A DNA stretch of 44,436 bases, taken from contig NW_021834979.1 in NCBI RefSeq assembly GCF_006345805.1, positions 1 through 44,436 of the forward strand. Reading direction: 5' to 3'. The number at the start of each line of letters is the position of its first letter. The first letter of the stretch is position 1. Below, piece by piece: positions 1 through 12,659 of the stretch. The notes beneath the pieces are model-generated. The model worked only from the letters and a program-made list of their open reading frames with translations, searched no databases and was not told the DNA's origin. The position numbers and the translations under genes are program-made. Origin of the DNA: Octopus sinensis (taxonomy: Eukaryota).

Positions 1-122
1 TTAAATAGCCACTTGGTGGTTATATTGAATGGAGAGGTTAAGTTAAACGTAATTCATCCGTACCTCAAAGTAAATTGTTAAGAGTTACTCAAATCCATTC
101 CCACTGCATTGTGCGAACGTAC

Positions 123-306
123 ATTATATGCGTGTAACATCTTGAGAGTCTTCAGAAATTCTATCAAGGATCTTCCCATTGTCGTCATCAGATTAAACAG
201 GGATTCTTGGAACAGAGTCGGCATTTTATCACACAAAATCGGCCAGAGATGATGAATGTCTTTGATTGATTCTCTTGAAGCTGGCGACATAGTTGAGATT
301 ACAGTT
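123..306 (-). CDS. Candidate internal exon of an unidentified gene (184 bp, open frame TVISTMSPASRESIKDIHHLWPILCDKMPTLFQESLFNLM...HAYN)
   Basis: Minus-strand acceptor tttcag| (AG at 308-307) and donor |gtacgt (GT at 122-121) bracket a stop-free, non-repetitive frame. No protein family recognised. Confidence 0.3.
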
Positions 307-1064
307 CTGAAATGAATCAACCGTTTACCCCATTTAAACATAGGGCCCTCCATTTGTGTGCACGTTACATTTATATACAAAATTTGTACTCAAACAGTAA
401 TTCATCAATGGGCATTTAGGTTATTCTCTGCATGAACACTTATATTTGTATATATGGTAGATCTGACCTCATTTACTATAAATATATGCATTTCAAAGAC
501 CCACAAACATATCAATGAATGCCTATACTGATATGAAACATAGGGGTACACTCATTCAAGCACGTGTGAATGCGCATATGCACACCGCGCGATCAGGCAA
601 ACACTCGGCGCAAACGCACGTTCATATACATATATATGCGTTTGTGCCTATGTGAGTATCCACGACTGTACGTATAAATATATGTGTAATACACACATAT
701 TCACATAAACACATATAAAATATACAATATATATGTAATAATATTATATGTGCACTTGTATATTTTTTGTAATATAGTATGATTTGCCAAATCTTGCGAT
801 GTTAATGAATATTTACTGAGAGGACTCGTGCTACGAAATAAATTTTTCCAATGAATCCTATATTGAAGAGAAGCCTTTCTTAGTCTACAGACATTAAATG
901 GTTTAGATTCGCAGATTAACATGTGTCCTATTTTTATTCAGACAGACGTGATTATTTAAGGGCCTATCTGAAATCTCGTTACGGAAATAAAATCAGTCTC
1001 GACCGATATATATATCTGTTTAGTAGACCAAAACGTTTGGAATATTTAAACGCTTTGAACATTG

Positions 1065-2332
1065 ATTTCTTTACTACCCACAATGGGCTAAACACAGGGG
1101 GGGGGTAGGAACAAGGACAGACAAACGGATTAAGTCGATTACATCGACCCCAGTACGCAACTAGCACTTAATTTATCGACACCAAAAGGATGAAAGGCAA
1201 AGTCGACCTCGGCGGAATTTGGACTCAGAACGTAACGACAGACGAAATACCTATTTCTTTACTACCCACAAGGGGCTAAACACAGAGGAGATAAACAAGG
1301 ACTGACAGACAGATTAAGTCGATTATATCGACCCCAGTGCGTAACTGGTACTTAATTTATCGACCCCGAAAGGATGAAAGGCAAAGTTGGCTAAACACAG
1401 AGGGGCTAAGCACAGAGGGGCTAAACACAGAGGAGACAAACAAGAACTGATTAAGTCGATTATATCGACCCCAGTGCGTAACTGGTTCTTAATTTATCGA
1501 CCCCGAAAGAATGAAAGGCAAAGTTGATCTCGGCGGAATTTGAACTCAGAACGTAGCGACAGACGAAATGCCTATTTCTTTACTACCCGCAACGGGCTAA
1601 ACACAGAGGAGACAAACAAGGACAGACAGAGAGATTAAATCGATTATATCGACTCCAGTGCGTAACTGGTACTTAATTTATCGACCCCGAAAGGACGAAA
1701 GGCAAAGTCGACTTCAGCGGAATTTGAACTCAGAACGTAGCGGCAGACGAAATACCTATTTCGTTACTACCCACAAGGGGCTAAACACAGAGAGGACAAA
1801 CAAGAACAGACAAACAGATTAAGTCGATTATATCGACCAGTGCGTTACTGGTACTAACTTATCGACCCCGAAAGGAATGAAAGGCAAAGTCAACCTCGGC
1901 GGAATTTGAACTCAGAACGTAACGACAAACGAAAACCTATTGTCTTTACTTACCCACAAGGGGCTAAACACAGAGAGGACAAACAAGGACAAGACAAAAG
2001 GATTAAGTCGTTATATCGACCCCAGTGCGTAAACTGGTTCTTAATTTATCGACCCCGAAAGGTGAAAGGCAAAGTGGACCTCGGAAGAATTTGAACTCAG
2101 AACGTAACGCAGACGAAATACCTATTTTTTACTACCACAAGGGGCTAAACACAGAGAGGACAAACAAGGACAGACAAAGATAAGTCGACTTATATCGACC
2201 CGAGTGCGTAAATCGTACTTAATTTATCGACCCCGAAGGATTGAAAGGTAAAGTTGACCTCGGCGGAATTTGAACTCAGAACGTAACGGCAGACTAAATA
2301 CGGCTAAGCAGTTCACCCGGTGTGCTAACGTT
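1065..2332 (-). mobile_element. SINE family B copy whose ~185-bp body is tandemly repeated about 7 times
   Basis: Unit atttctttactacccacaaggggctaaacacagag...gaactcagaacgtaacggcagacgaaatacc restarts at about 1065, 1253, 1390 (rearranged), 1574, 1758, 1939 and 2124. One head-like segment (2300-2332) matches the heads of the copies at 28517 and 34869. Confidence 0.85.
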
Positions 2333-2429
2333 TGTAAGATTAAGTCTTAGTGGTATTTAAGAAGAGAATACCGAGGGTTAAATGTTTCGGAGTTACACAT
2401 GTGGATTACGTATAATGCAATTCTCTTAA

Positions 2430-2848
2430 CTCTCTCTTTTACTCTTTTACTTGTTTCAGTCATTTGACTGCGGCCATGCTGGAGCAACGCCTTCAATCGA
2501 GCAACTCGACCCCAGGACTTATTTTTTGTAAGCCCAGTACTTATTCTATCGGAATCTTTTGCCGAACCGCTAAGTAACGGGGACATAAACACACCAGCAT
2601 CGTTGTCAAGCAATGCTAGGGGGACAAACACAGACACCAAAACACACACACACCACACACACATATTATATATATATACATATATACGACGTGCTTCTTC
2701 AGTTCCGTCTACCAAATCCACTCACAAGGCTTTGGTCGGCCCGAGGCTATCAGCAGAAGACACTTTCCCAAGATGCCACGCAGTGGGACTGAACCCGGAA
2801 CCATGTGGTTGGTAAACAAGCTACTTCCCACACAGCCACTCCTGCGCC
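2430..2848 (-). mobile_element. tRNA-derived SINE family A with central (TA)/(CA) microsatellite
   Basis: Reverse complement of the full copies at 27817 and 30111: head ggcgcaggagtggctgtgtgg..., B-box-like ggttcagtccc, CORE-like ttgggaaagtgtcttct, tail with (aagagta)n. Confidence 0.85.
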
Positions 2849-3266
2849 TATGTGTATATTTTATCGAAATGTAATATATTGCTTTCGGTAACATGCTGTA
2901 GTTGTTTTCTTTAGCATTTCCACGACAAAATGTTCTCAGCATTCTTGTGTCTGCGGATTTATTTGCTGATCTATGAGGATAATAGGATCATCTGATATAC
3001 GATGTGGATAAAATTTGAGCGGGAATGACGAAAGATCATTCCAAATGAAAGTAATCGTTCATAGTACTTATTTGTTAAGAGATACACGATTGCTCATTCA
3101 TACGCTTTGGCTAAAAACCCACCTTAAGCGTACGTAATGATAAAAATCATTTATCGTAAAACCGGATTAACTGTAAGCACAAACACATAGACTTTCTTAC
3201 ACTGGCTCTCCTACACAGACGAGCACCCCCACCATACATATATACGTATGTATATAGGTTGGTGAG

Positions 3267-3580
3267 GGCGCGTGGCTTAGTGGTTAGGGCATTCGGCTCA
3301 TGATCGTAAGGTTGTGAGTTCGATTCCCGGCGACGCGTTGTGTTTGAGCAAGACACTTATTTTCACGTTGCTCCAGTCCACTCAGCTGGCAAAAATGAGT
3401 TGTACTTGTATTTCAAAGGGTCAGCCTGTCACTCTCTGTGTCACGCTGATTATCCCCGAGAACTACGTTAAGTGTACACGTGTCTGTGGAATGCTCAGCC
3501 ATTTGCACGTTAATTTCACGAGCAAGCTGTTCCGTTGATCGTATCAGCTGGGACCTCCTCGTCGTCGTAACCTGCGGAGT
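3267..3580 (+). mobile_element. tRNA-derived SINE family C
   Basis: Head ggcgcgtggcttagtggttag (A box) ... gagttcgattccc (B box), followed by gagcaagacactt...ctccagtccactcagctgg. The head is homologous to the minus-strand copy at 39330-39458. Confidence 0.75.
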
Positions 3581-3644
3581 CTTTTAAAAGATATAGGTTG
3601 AGAAAACATCTATACAAATCAAATTACTATATGCAAAAAAATCG

Positions 3645-3856
3645 AGGTGGAAATAGCACAGACGTCTAAGACATCTCAGTTTAAGGGGTAATTTAATAAA
3701 AATGATTTTAAAAATTATACAAAGAAAATATCGTCGTATCGAATTTGATAAGACAAGATTAATCGAAACCGGTATATCTTTTTATATAATTTTTAAATAA
3801 TTTTTATAAAATTCCCCCTTAAATTGAAATGAGTTATTTCTGTGCTATTTCCACCT
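3645..3856. repeat. Fold-back element: ~80-bp imperfect inverted arms around a decayed hammerhead-like core
   Basis: aggtggaaatagcacaga (3645-3662) is the exact reverse complement of 3839-3856, and the arms stay similar further inward. The spacer contains ttgataa..gaaaccggta. Confidence 0.7.
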
Positions 3857-3859
3857 ACA

Positions 3860-3902
<43 letters not shown>

Positions 3903-4709
3903 TATATATAGATATATATATATATATAAGTATATGAAATAAATGGAGTTGAACGACACTACTTAACAAATATCCTTTATTCTCGACATATGTTTCGAAG
4001 GCTGCATATTCCTAATTCCGTGTTCTTTCTGATGTGAATTTGCTACCCAGGTATCGGTTATCTTTCGAATTATCCTTAATAAGATAATTCATTCAACTAC
4101 TCAAATATATATAATATATATATATATATTATATAATATATATATATATCTATAATATAATATATACGATGGTATTTCTCGGCAGTTATCTACCAAATTG
4201 CCTCAGGAAAATTGTCCACGAGATATAGTTGAATTCATTTGCCCTAAATGATGTCAACCGGGGGCTGAACACAGAGTGACACACAGAGAGAACACACAGA
4301 CACAGATGCACACAGACACAACACACACACACATACACACACACATATGTACTGAGGGCTTCCACACAGTTTTGGTAGATAAAATTTCGGCAGAAGACAT
4401 CAGCTGGCCCCAGCCAGACCACAGTCGAAGTCCCTCCACACAGCTACCACATACATCAATTGAACCAGAAACCTATTATTTACAAAATGATCTTGTTCAC
4501 CTCAGAGCAACACCTGTGCCCAAATATAAATATGCGTATGATAAAGCCGTGGTTTGAACCCACACTTTTCGGTGTAAATTATTACTAGAAACCTGGTGTA
4601 AAAATGAAAAAAAAAACCCAAAAAAACAACCATGACGTTTTTCTGTCATGAATTCATTTAAGTTTCAGCACAATAAGTGGAATAGAAGAACGTAGGAAGC
4701 AAAAGAACT

Positions 4710-4720
4710 ATGATGATGAC

Positions 4721-4791
<71 letters not shown>

Positions 4792-4803
4792 TAATAATAA
4801 TAA
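4710..4803. repeat. (AAT)n microsatellite
   Basis: Direct reading. Confidence 0.95.
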
Positions 4804-5049
4804 TTGGCAAAAAGAAACAAAAAGCCGGCATAGAAAACAATGGAAATTCTATATTTCTTTAATAATGATTGTTCGTTGACATTGTAGAGTTGGTAACGAT
4901 TTAGTTGGCAGCTAACCAGATGTTGACCTCATCACATCATCGCACAGTTAAAACCACACTTATATACCTACATAGAGTGAGAGAGAGAGAGAGAAACAGA
5001 GACAAAGAAAGAAAGAGAGAGAGAGAGACATTCATAGAGTATCCATACT

Positions 5050-5080
5050 TGCATATTTATATGTACATGCATATACATAT

Positions 5081-5123
<43 letters not shown>

Positions 5124-5234
5124 ATATATAATATATATATACATACATATATATACATATATACATATATCTGACTATATAGGTCTGTTGTTTGTTGTGT
5201 CTGTGTATGCGTGTTTATGCTTGTGTATATTATA

Positions 5235-5325
<91 letters not shown>

Positions 5326-5334
5326 CATACATAC

Positions 5335-5365
<31 letters not shown>

Positions 5366-5479
5366 TACAGCGGTATCACGAAAATGTTGAAACCCTCCAA
5401 AGCAGATCTGAAGCAAATACTGTAGGCAATTCTGTTTGTTTTCATGGTGGCTACAATGTTTAACTCTCTTACTTTTGCA

Positions 5480-5544
<65 letters not shown>

Positions 5545-5653
5545 ATATATATATATCTTTCAATCTATCTATGTATCAATCTGTTTATCTGCATGTCTGT
5601 CTCTATCATCTATCTATTTTCTATCTATCTATCTATCTATCTATCTCATCTAT

Positions 5654-5727
<74 letters not shown>

Positions 5728-5739
5728 ATATATATAAGA

Positions 5740-5780
<41 letters not shown>
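5050..5780. repeat. Compound (TA)n/(TC)n/(TATC)n microsatellite field
   Basis: Direct reading. Explains the poly-IY/SIYL ORFs. Confidence 0.95.
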
Positions 5781-5784
<4 letters not shown>

Positions 5785-6284
5785 GAAAGAATTAGAAATG
5801 GCAGTCAATGTCTGTTTATTTCCATTTCCTACATACGCAAAATCGGAGTATCAAATAAACGAAAACAATCCCTTACCGTTAATGGTGAACATGTTTCTAG
5901 ATCGTAGGCGAGAAATTGCCAAAGTCTTTCTTCAGCACCATCTTCGTTAGATTTATCAAATGCCACCAGCCTCATCCTCTGACCAGGCGTCATCAAATAG
6001 TGGGGGGAAGTGTGCATAGGTTAAATCTAAGTAAGCGACTGAGACCGTAAATTTTCTCTCCAAAATTCTGCCATGCGCACCACCGAGACAGTCGCAATGG
6101 AGTAAGAAATCCAATTAGTAATATAATAAAAGGGTAAAGAATTTTTTCGATGGTTTTTCAGACAACCAACAATTATTTACAGGTAGATTTCGGTATGTAA
6201 ATGACGGGTAGTCATGGTGGATATACTGGGCTTCGTATATTTTACCCCAGTGTCACTTTGATAGCATGCACTGCTATCAAACTC

Positions 6285-6356
<72 letters not shown>

Positions 6357-7179
6357 TCTAGTTGGTACTATTGGTGATGAAAGTAAAAAGATGGGAACAG
6401 CAAAACTTAAAGAGTACGATAATTTCAAAGAAACGAAGACTATTTTCAAAATAAGCAATCTCAAGACGAGCAATGACCTCAAGAAAGCTGCTGAGAAATC
6501 CGAGAAATCTCAGGCAACAGATCATAGGGGAGGAAGTAAATACTGAAAGAAAGAAGCTTAGGAACTTGGGGAGAAATTCTACTCAATGCCCATACGGCTA
6601 ACCTGAAGAAAATTCGAACTGAAATTTGTTATGTACTGGGCAGGTGAGCATATGATCCTTCGTTGCCAAGGCCAGGACCTATGGAGAGAAAGATAGAAAG
6701 ATTGATTTAGAGAAGAACAGGCAAATACATAGATAGATAAATACATTGAGAGAGAGAGAGAGAGAGAGTGAAAGGGAGCGTTACGACATCATTGTATTTA
6801 ACCGATGATTTTGAATGTCAATGCATAATTTGATCAATAATTTAGTTACCGTTTCTAAGTGGTCGAAATATTGCATAATGCACTTTTCATTGTCACGTGT
6901 CATATCGTATATTGAGATGCAAAGAGAGTAGTGTACATGAGTGTTAAGGTTATCGAAAGATGTTGGCGGAATTAATATTTAGCAATAAGTTGTACGGTCG
7001 GCATTCATTTTTGAAATATCCATAGATGCAGACACTAACTAATCAAAATTCTTACAACAAAAATGAAAAGCTAGTTCTCTGGAATTTGCATATTTGTGTA
7101 CAAACAGCAAAAACCCTTATTTAATATATGTAATATTGTTTAAATCAGTGAATTTACACCGTCCGTACATATTCTTACG

Positions 7180-7584
7180 CTCTCTCTCTTTTACTTGTTT
7201 CAGTCATTTGACTGCGGCCATGCTGAAACACCGCCTTTAATCGAGCAACTCGACCCCGGGACTTATTCTTTTGTAAGCCCAGTACTTATTCTATCGGTCT
7301 CTTTTGCCGAATCGCTAAGTGACGGGGACATAAACGCACCAGCATCGGTTGTCAAGCAATGCTAGGGGACAAACACAGACACACAAACACACACATGCAT
7401 ATATATATATATACATATATACGACGGGCTTCTTTCAGTTTCCGTCTACCAAATTCACTCACAAGGTTTTGGTCGGCCCGAGGCTATAGTAGAAGACACT
7501 TTCCCAAGGTGCCACCCAGTGGGACTGAACCAGGAACCATGTGGTCGGTAGACAAGCTACTTACCACACAGCCACTCCTGCGCC
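7180..7584 (-). mobile_element. SINE family A, full length
   Basis: Colinear reverse complement of the 30111-30522 copy. Confidence 0.88.
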
Positions 7585-7657
7585 TATAGTTCACTTACGC
7601 GAAATATGTCCAAGCAGTTTTGTTAAAGTTGGCAAAAACTATGGTCTCCATAACTGT

Positions 7658-7750
7658 AATTTTATAATTGGTTGTAACCAAAATAATTCTAATTTTATAA
7701 TTGGTTCTAACCAAAATAATTCTAACCAAAATAATTGAAATAACCAAAAT
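7658..7750. repeat. Short tandem repeat, 33-bp unit aattttataattggttgtaaccaaaataattct x2 plus partial copies
   Basis: Units at 7658-7690 and 7691-7723. Confidence 0.8.
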
Positions 7751-8519
7751 TCTTCGAAAAAATTCTAGGAAAGACGATTAAGGTCACGAGACTTAGATCT
7801 ATTTCAGAGGTTGGCAAAATGATAAATCTCTTTGGTTGCTGGGGTACAGAGTATTTTAGATTGAACGATTAACAAATGCTACACATGGCTGTACACAACA
7901 ACCTTAAATAAAACTTGGCTCGCCAATACAACTATTGGCATGTTTTAGATAGGAAATTCCTATAAGCCGCAGAGTGTCTGTTTTTGCTGCTACCGTTCTC
8001 CTCCTCGTACTACCATCTGGTTCGCCTACTACCACTTTTATGAACCAGCCATCAATTCTATCTACAAATTAGAAAACGAAATTTTATACCATTTCATTTC
8101 CATAAGAAAAATATGTGAACTTCTAGAATTTATATTATTAGAGCACAGTTCAATTTAATTTATTTCAAAATTTTTTCCCATTTTGTTTCCGTATGAGGAG
8201 GTTGTCATAATATGATTGAAACCAGTAGCTGCTTAGGTAAAAGTGTACGTATCAATTTTCTGTGTTCTCTGAGCAGTTTCTTATTTCAGAAAAATATCTA
8301 TATATAAATCAAATTTGAAATGACATAAATCATGTTACAAATGTCTTAAATCACCTGCGGCAGATATGAAAGGAAGCATTGAGGGTTACGAGAAGGAAGT
8401 CCTCATATAGATGAAGAATTCATGAAGCAGTTTCGTTTCCATGTCCATCAAAAACTTGCAAGTCATGTGGATTGAAATGGCAATTGAGTATTCGTAATAA
8501 ACAAAAGTAAAACAGAGCT

Positions 8520-9175
8520 GATACTGAAATAAGATATTAATGCTGTATATAGGATCAGCTTTTCAAACGCCTTTCAGGGCTCAAATGTAATTTAAGATCT
8601 CGTGCTAGGAAGGACAATAGCGGGTAAAAGTGGTCAGGCTCCACGAGGAGCAGACCGCCGCCATATGTATATTCAGAAACAGCTGGAAACGACTTTCCTG
8701 GTGTTAAACAGCACCAACATTCGTCGCATCCAGGACTTCCACAGTATTTTGGCAAATAGTCTTTATTTTAAAGTACAGTTAATGAATATCTCTCTTTGAG
8801 AGATTTAGAAATAATAATGTTTCTGTTTATTAGACCAGTAACTGTTTGTCACTTTGAATATTATATATTTTCGACCGTGAATATGGCAGCGGCGTCTAGC
8901 CGAACAGGTAGTCTGTGCAGATACAAGGGCAATAACCCAGAAACTGGCCCACAGATGTTACTTTGTGCTGGATAGGGGTGAGCTCCCCTGTTCGAAAATG
9001 TAAGGCCGCAGATATTGTGTTGTTTACCCAGCTGAAAACGGCGTTTACTGGGGCTAAAACAACAGTAACATTTATCCCTTCCGGGACCGCCATATTATGT
9101 TGGCAAATATTCTTTACTTTAATGTACTGTTACTGAATATCTCTCTTTGAGAGATTCAGAAATAATAACGTTTAT
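8520..9175. repeat. Diverged tandem pair of ~350-bp units of unknown origin
   Basis: ttggcaaatagtctttattttaaagtacagttaatgaatatctctctttgagagatttagaaataataat (~8750-8820) recurs as ttggcaaatattctttactttaatgtactgttactgaatatctctctttgagagattcagaaataataac (~9100-9170). The upstream parts also align. Confidence 0.7.
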
Positions 9176-9309
9176 ATTATATATATATATATTATATATA
9201 TATATTATATTATATATACACACATACATAGACACTTATACAAAATATACATACACGCACACACACACATACATAGACACTTATACAAAATATACATACA
9301 CGCACACAA

Positions 9310-9361
<52 letters not shown>

Positions 9362-9920
9362 TTTCAGGATTAAATAAAAAGACAACAGACAGAAAATATC
9401 ACTTACTTATATACAATTCAGATGAACGTGTAATAATTAAATAAACAACTATATAATAAATACACAGACGGACAGAATACTTAGACCAATAATTCTTCAT
9501 TAGTTATCGAGCAGACGATTCAAACGCAATTTCAGCCATTATCGATAGCATTGCTTCCACTCTGGAGGCACCGACAAATAACATAACTTGCTGGGAACAG
9601 GACTTAAACATAAAATAAAACGGGCTCGAGACACGACCGTTAGGTGAACGAAACAACAAACAGAATAAAGGCGCAGGGCCACACGAAGACAATAATTAAT
9701 GACAATAATCAAAATTATATATATATAATGTTTTGTTCTTTTATTCTCTTACTTGTTTTAGTCGTTTAACTATGTCCATGCAAATCTACCCCGGACTTAT
9801 TTCTTAAGCCTAATACTTATTCTTTCGATCGCTTTTTACGAAACCACTAAATTAGAGTATATAAATACATCAATACCGGAGAAAAACACACACCCAACAA
9901 AGACACACACACATATTATA

Positions 9921-10295
9921 GGCACAGGCTTAGATGTGTGGTAAGAAGCTGGTTTACTAACCACATGGTCCCACGTTCAGTCCCACTGCATGGCACCTTG
10001 GATAAATATCTTCTACTATAGCCTCGGGCCAATCAAAGCCTTGTGAGTGGATTTGGTAGATGGAAGCTGGAAGAAGCCTGTCAAATATACATGTAAAATT
10101 TTTTATACGTTTGTGTATCTGTGTTTATCGCATCTCCATCGTTGGTGCGTTTACGTCCCCGTAACGTAGCGGTTCAGCAAAAAAGACGGATTGAATAATA
10201 CTAGGCTTACAAAGAATCAGTTCTGCGGTCGAATTGTCCGACTAAATGCGTTGCTCCAGTCAATGGCCGCGCCCAAATGACTGAAACAAGTAAAC
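9921..10295 (+). mobile_element. SINE family A, diverged
   Basis: Head ggcacaggcttagatgtgtggtaag, body and tail all align to the 27817 copy. Confidence 0.8.
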
Positions 10296-10393
10296 GAATA
10301 CATATATACATACATACATGAATACATACATACATACACACAAACATATATATATATATACGTGTGTATATGTATATATATAATAAATATAGA

Positions 10394-10685
10394 AGTTACT
10401 GTCTATACCTCGTTCAGAGATTTATTATTGCTTGTTAAAACTTTTTCAAGATTAGTGACGAATGTCACTGGAAAAAGGATATAATTATTTGCATTGGGAC
10501 CCTTCCATCGAAACCGTGATAGTCATGCGCTGGTGACGGGTCAATACCCAGAAACTGCAGTCCGTGCGTATCACTTAAGTTGACAGAAAGTGTGTCAATA
10601 GCCAGCTGGAGAAGATGTTCTCCTGGGGCTACAAGCTACAGTAACATCCACCCTTAGTGGTTAGCTATATTTAGATGGGCAACTA
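10394..10685 (+). mobile_element. Hammerhead-bearing small element (family H, copy 1), probably related to a Penelope-like terminal repeat
   Basis: Homologous to 35317-35615 (body and arm) and to the reverse complement of 40914-40950. Confidence 0.7.
10526..10566 (+). ncRNA. Minimal type-I hammerhead ribozyme motif, core mutated (CUGGUGA)
   Basis: tgcg-ctggtga-cggg-tcaata-ccca-gaaa-ctgcag-tc-cgtg: palindromic stem III ACUGCAGU and a GUC cleavage triplet. Confidence 0.65.
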
Positions 10686-11820
10686 TGCTTCATATGTATA
10701 CATATATATATGTAAGCTTAAAGCTTATGGCAATCAGCGTGCAGTGGCTAAGGAAAATAGTCGAATAAAAGGACATATAATCCCTCGACAGAGGGGTTTA
10801 TATACCCCTTTATTAGATTATTTTCTTCTGTCATTGCACGGTAATCGCCATAAGCTTTAAGATTATATAAAAATACCATTATTATCGTTTACATGATTGT
10901 AAATCACGGCGCCAATATAAAAAACCATTCGCACCGAATGCATATATATATGTATAAACGATGTGCTTCTTTCAGTCTCTGTCTACCAAATCCATTAGAT
11001 GACTTTGGTCGGACCGTCACCATATTAGAAGACACGTGCACAAGGTGTTACACAGTGATAGCTGAAAGTGAAAGCACAAAGCCACGTTGCATACATATAT
11101 ATATATATGTGTCTTTATATTTCACTTCGCCTGTTTCCACCGCTTGATTAGAGGTGTTAGTCTGTTTACGTTCCTGTACTAGCTATTCGGCAAAAAAAAA
11201 CATACAAAAAAAAGAAAACAAAATGCCCGAAAGGATATGCCCGGTTCTTTGATAGACTATTGTAGGTATCGCTATAACATGACCGAAGTCCAATGATTGA
11301 AACTTGTAGAATATATAATATATATATATATATATGTGCCCCAGCATGGCCGCAGCCTTCGGGCTAAAATATTTTTAAGGATTTAAGGATTTATGATTAG
11401 TCAAAGATGGAGGACACCGACGTTCGATGAAAGACAGCAATTTTTGATGTAGGACACCAACGTTGCATGTGATAGGTTCGATAATTGCTTCGGATATCAC
11501 TCTAAACATGAAACCAATGGTAGCTTGATTAACACGCAAAATAAAGAAAATTTATCCACCAGTTCGGTGTTGAACACTCATTTACAATGTTCGATTCTAA
11601 CATAAATGTGTGTGTCTCTCTCTTTCTCTCTCTCAGCATATATATTTTGTGTGTGTGTGTGTGTGTGTTTGTTTGTGTGTGTTTGTTTGTTTGTTTGTTT
11701 ATGTGTGTATGTATGATTCTTTTTATGGAATGGTGAAATTTGCTTCCCATAAAGCTGTAAATAATAGCGTATATATATGAATGTATATATGTGCATATAT
11801 ACTTGTATATTTGTGTTATG

Positions 11821-11866
<46 letters not shown>

Positions 11867-12049
11867 CACATACATATAAGCATACACATATACACACATA
11901 TATGCTCAATACTAAAATGGTTTTGAAATACGCTAAATATTTGTTATACTTTTCAATAAATGAAATTTAACATTTAACATAGGACATACATACATATATA
12001 ATTACATACTTACATGAATACATAGATATATACACACGAGTATATATAT

Positions 12050-12091
<42 letters not shown>

Positions 12092-12181
12092 AAATATATA
12101 TATAATATTATATATATATATATATATATAATATATATAAATATACATATATATATATATATACATACTTACATATAATTG

Positions 12182-12239
<58 letters not shown>

Positions 12240-12621
12240 ATGATGAAAGTTAGATTATATTTGCACAAAAATAAAATTGTTTATACATAAAACAAAATTA
12301 CTGAAAAAGTTTTAGTGCAGGTTTTCAGAAAGTAAGTTTTACAAAAACGAAAATCTCATTTTACGAAGAAATTTTCCATATAAAAAAAAATGTTTTATTG
12401 AATAAACATAAATGCAGGACTTTACAAAAGAAATTGCACAGAAAAAGCAAAATAACATTTTGTTAACAGGTTTACTTGCTGTTTTGCAGCTTAGCAAAGT
12501 TTAAAGTTCGTTCTTTAATGCAATTTTTACCCCTCGTGGTCTCTCTCACACTCACTCTTTCATCTTCACATGCACTCTCACTCCTTCACTTTTTGTTCTC
12601 CTCTCTGTCTGTCTGTCTCTC

Positions 12622-12659
<38 letters not shown>

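Noticed and set aside
1065-2332. CRISPR-like regular repeat array
   Set aside because: Units are contiguous ~185-bp SINE bodies with no unique spacers and no cas genes, in a eukaryotic context.
3267-3335. tRNA gene
   Set aside because: A/B boxes are present but continue into a SINE body, and there is no complete cloverleaf or acceptor stem. The same applies to the other SINE heads.
3985-3996. Minus-strand GAAA-CATATG-TC hammerhead 3' half
   Set aside because: No recognisable CUGANGA or stem I upstream; only half a motif.
4658-5907. ORFs rich in poly-I, IY and SIYL
   Set aside because: Translations of (AAT)n, (TA)n and (TATC)n microsatellites.
5829-6030. Minus-strand exon candidate with a good gtaagg donor
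   Set aside because: All three frames from the nearest acceptor hit stop codons, and there is no recognisable protein.
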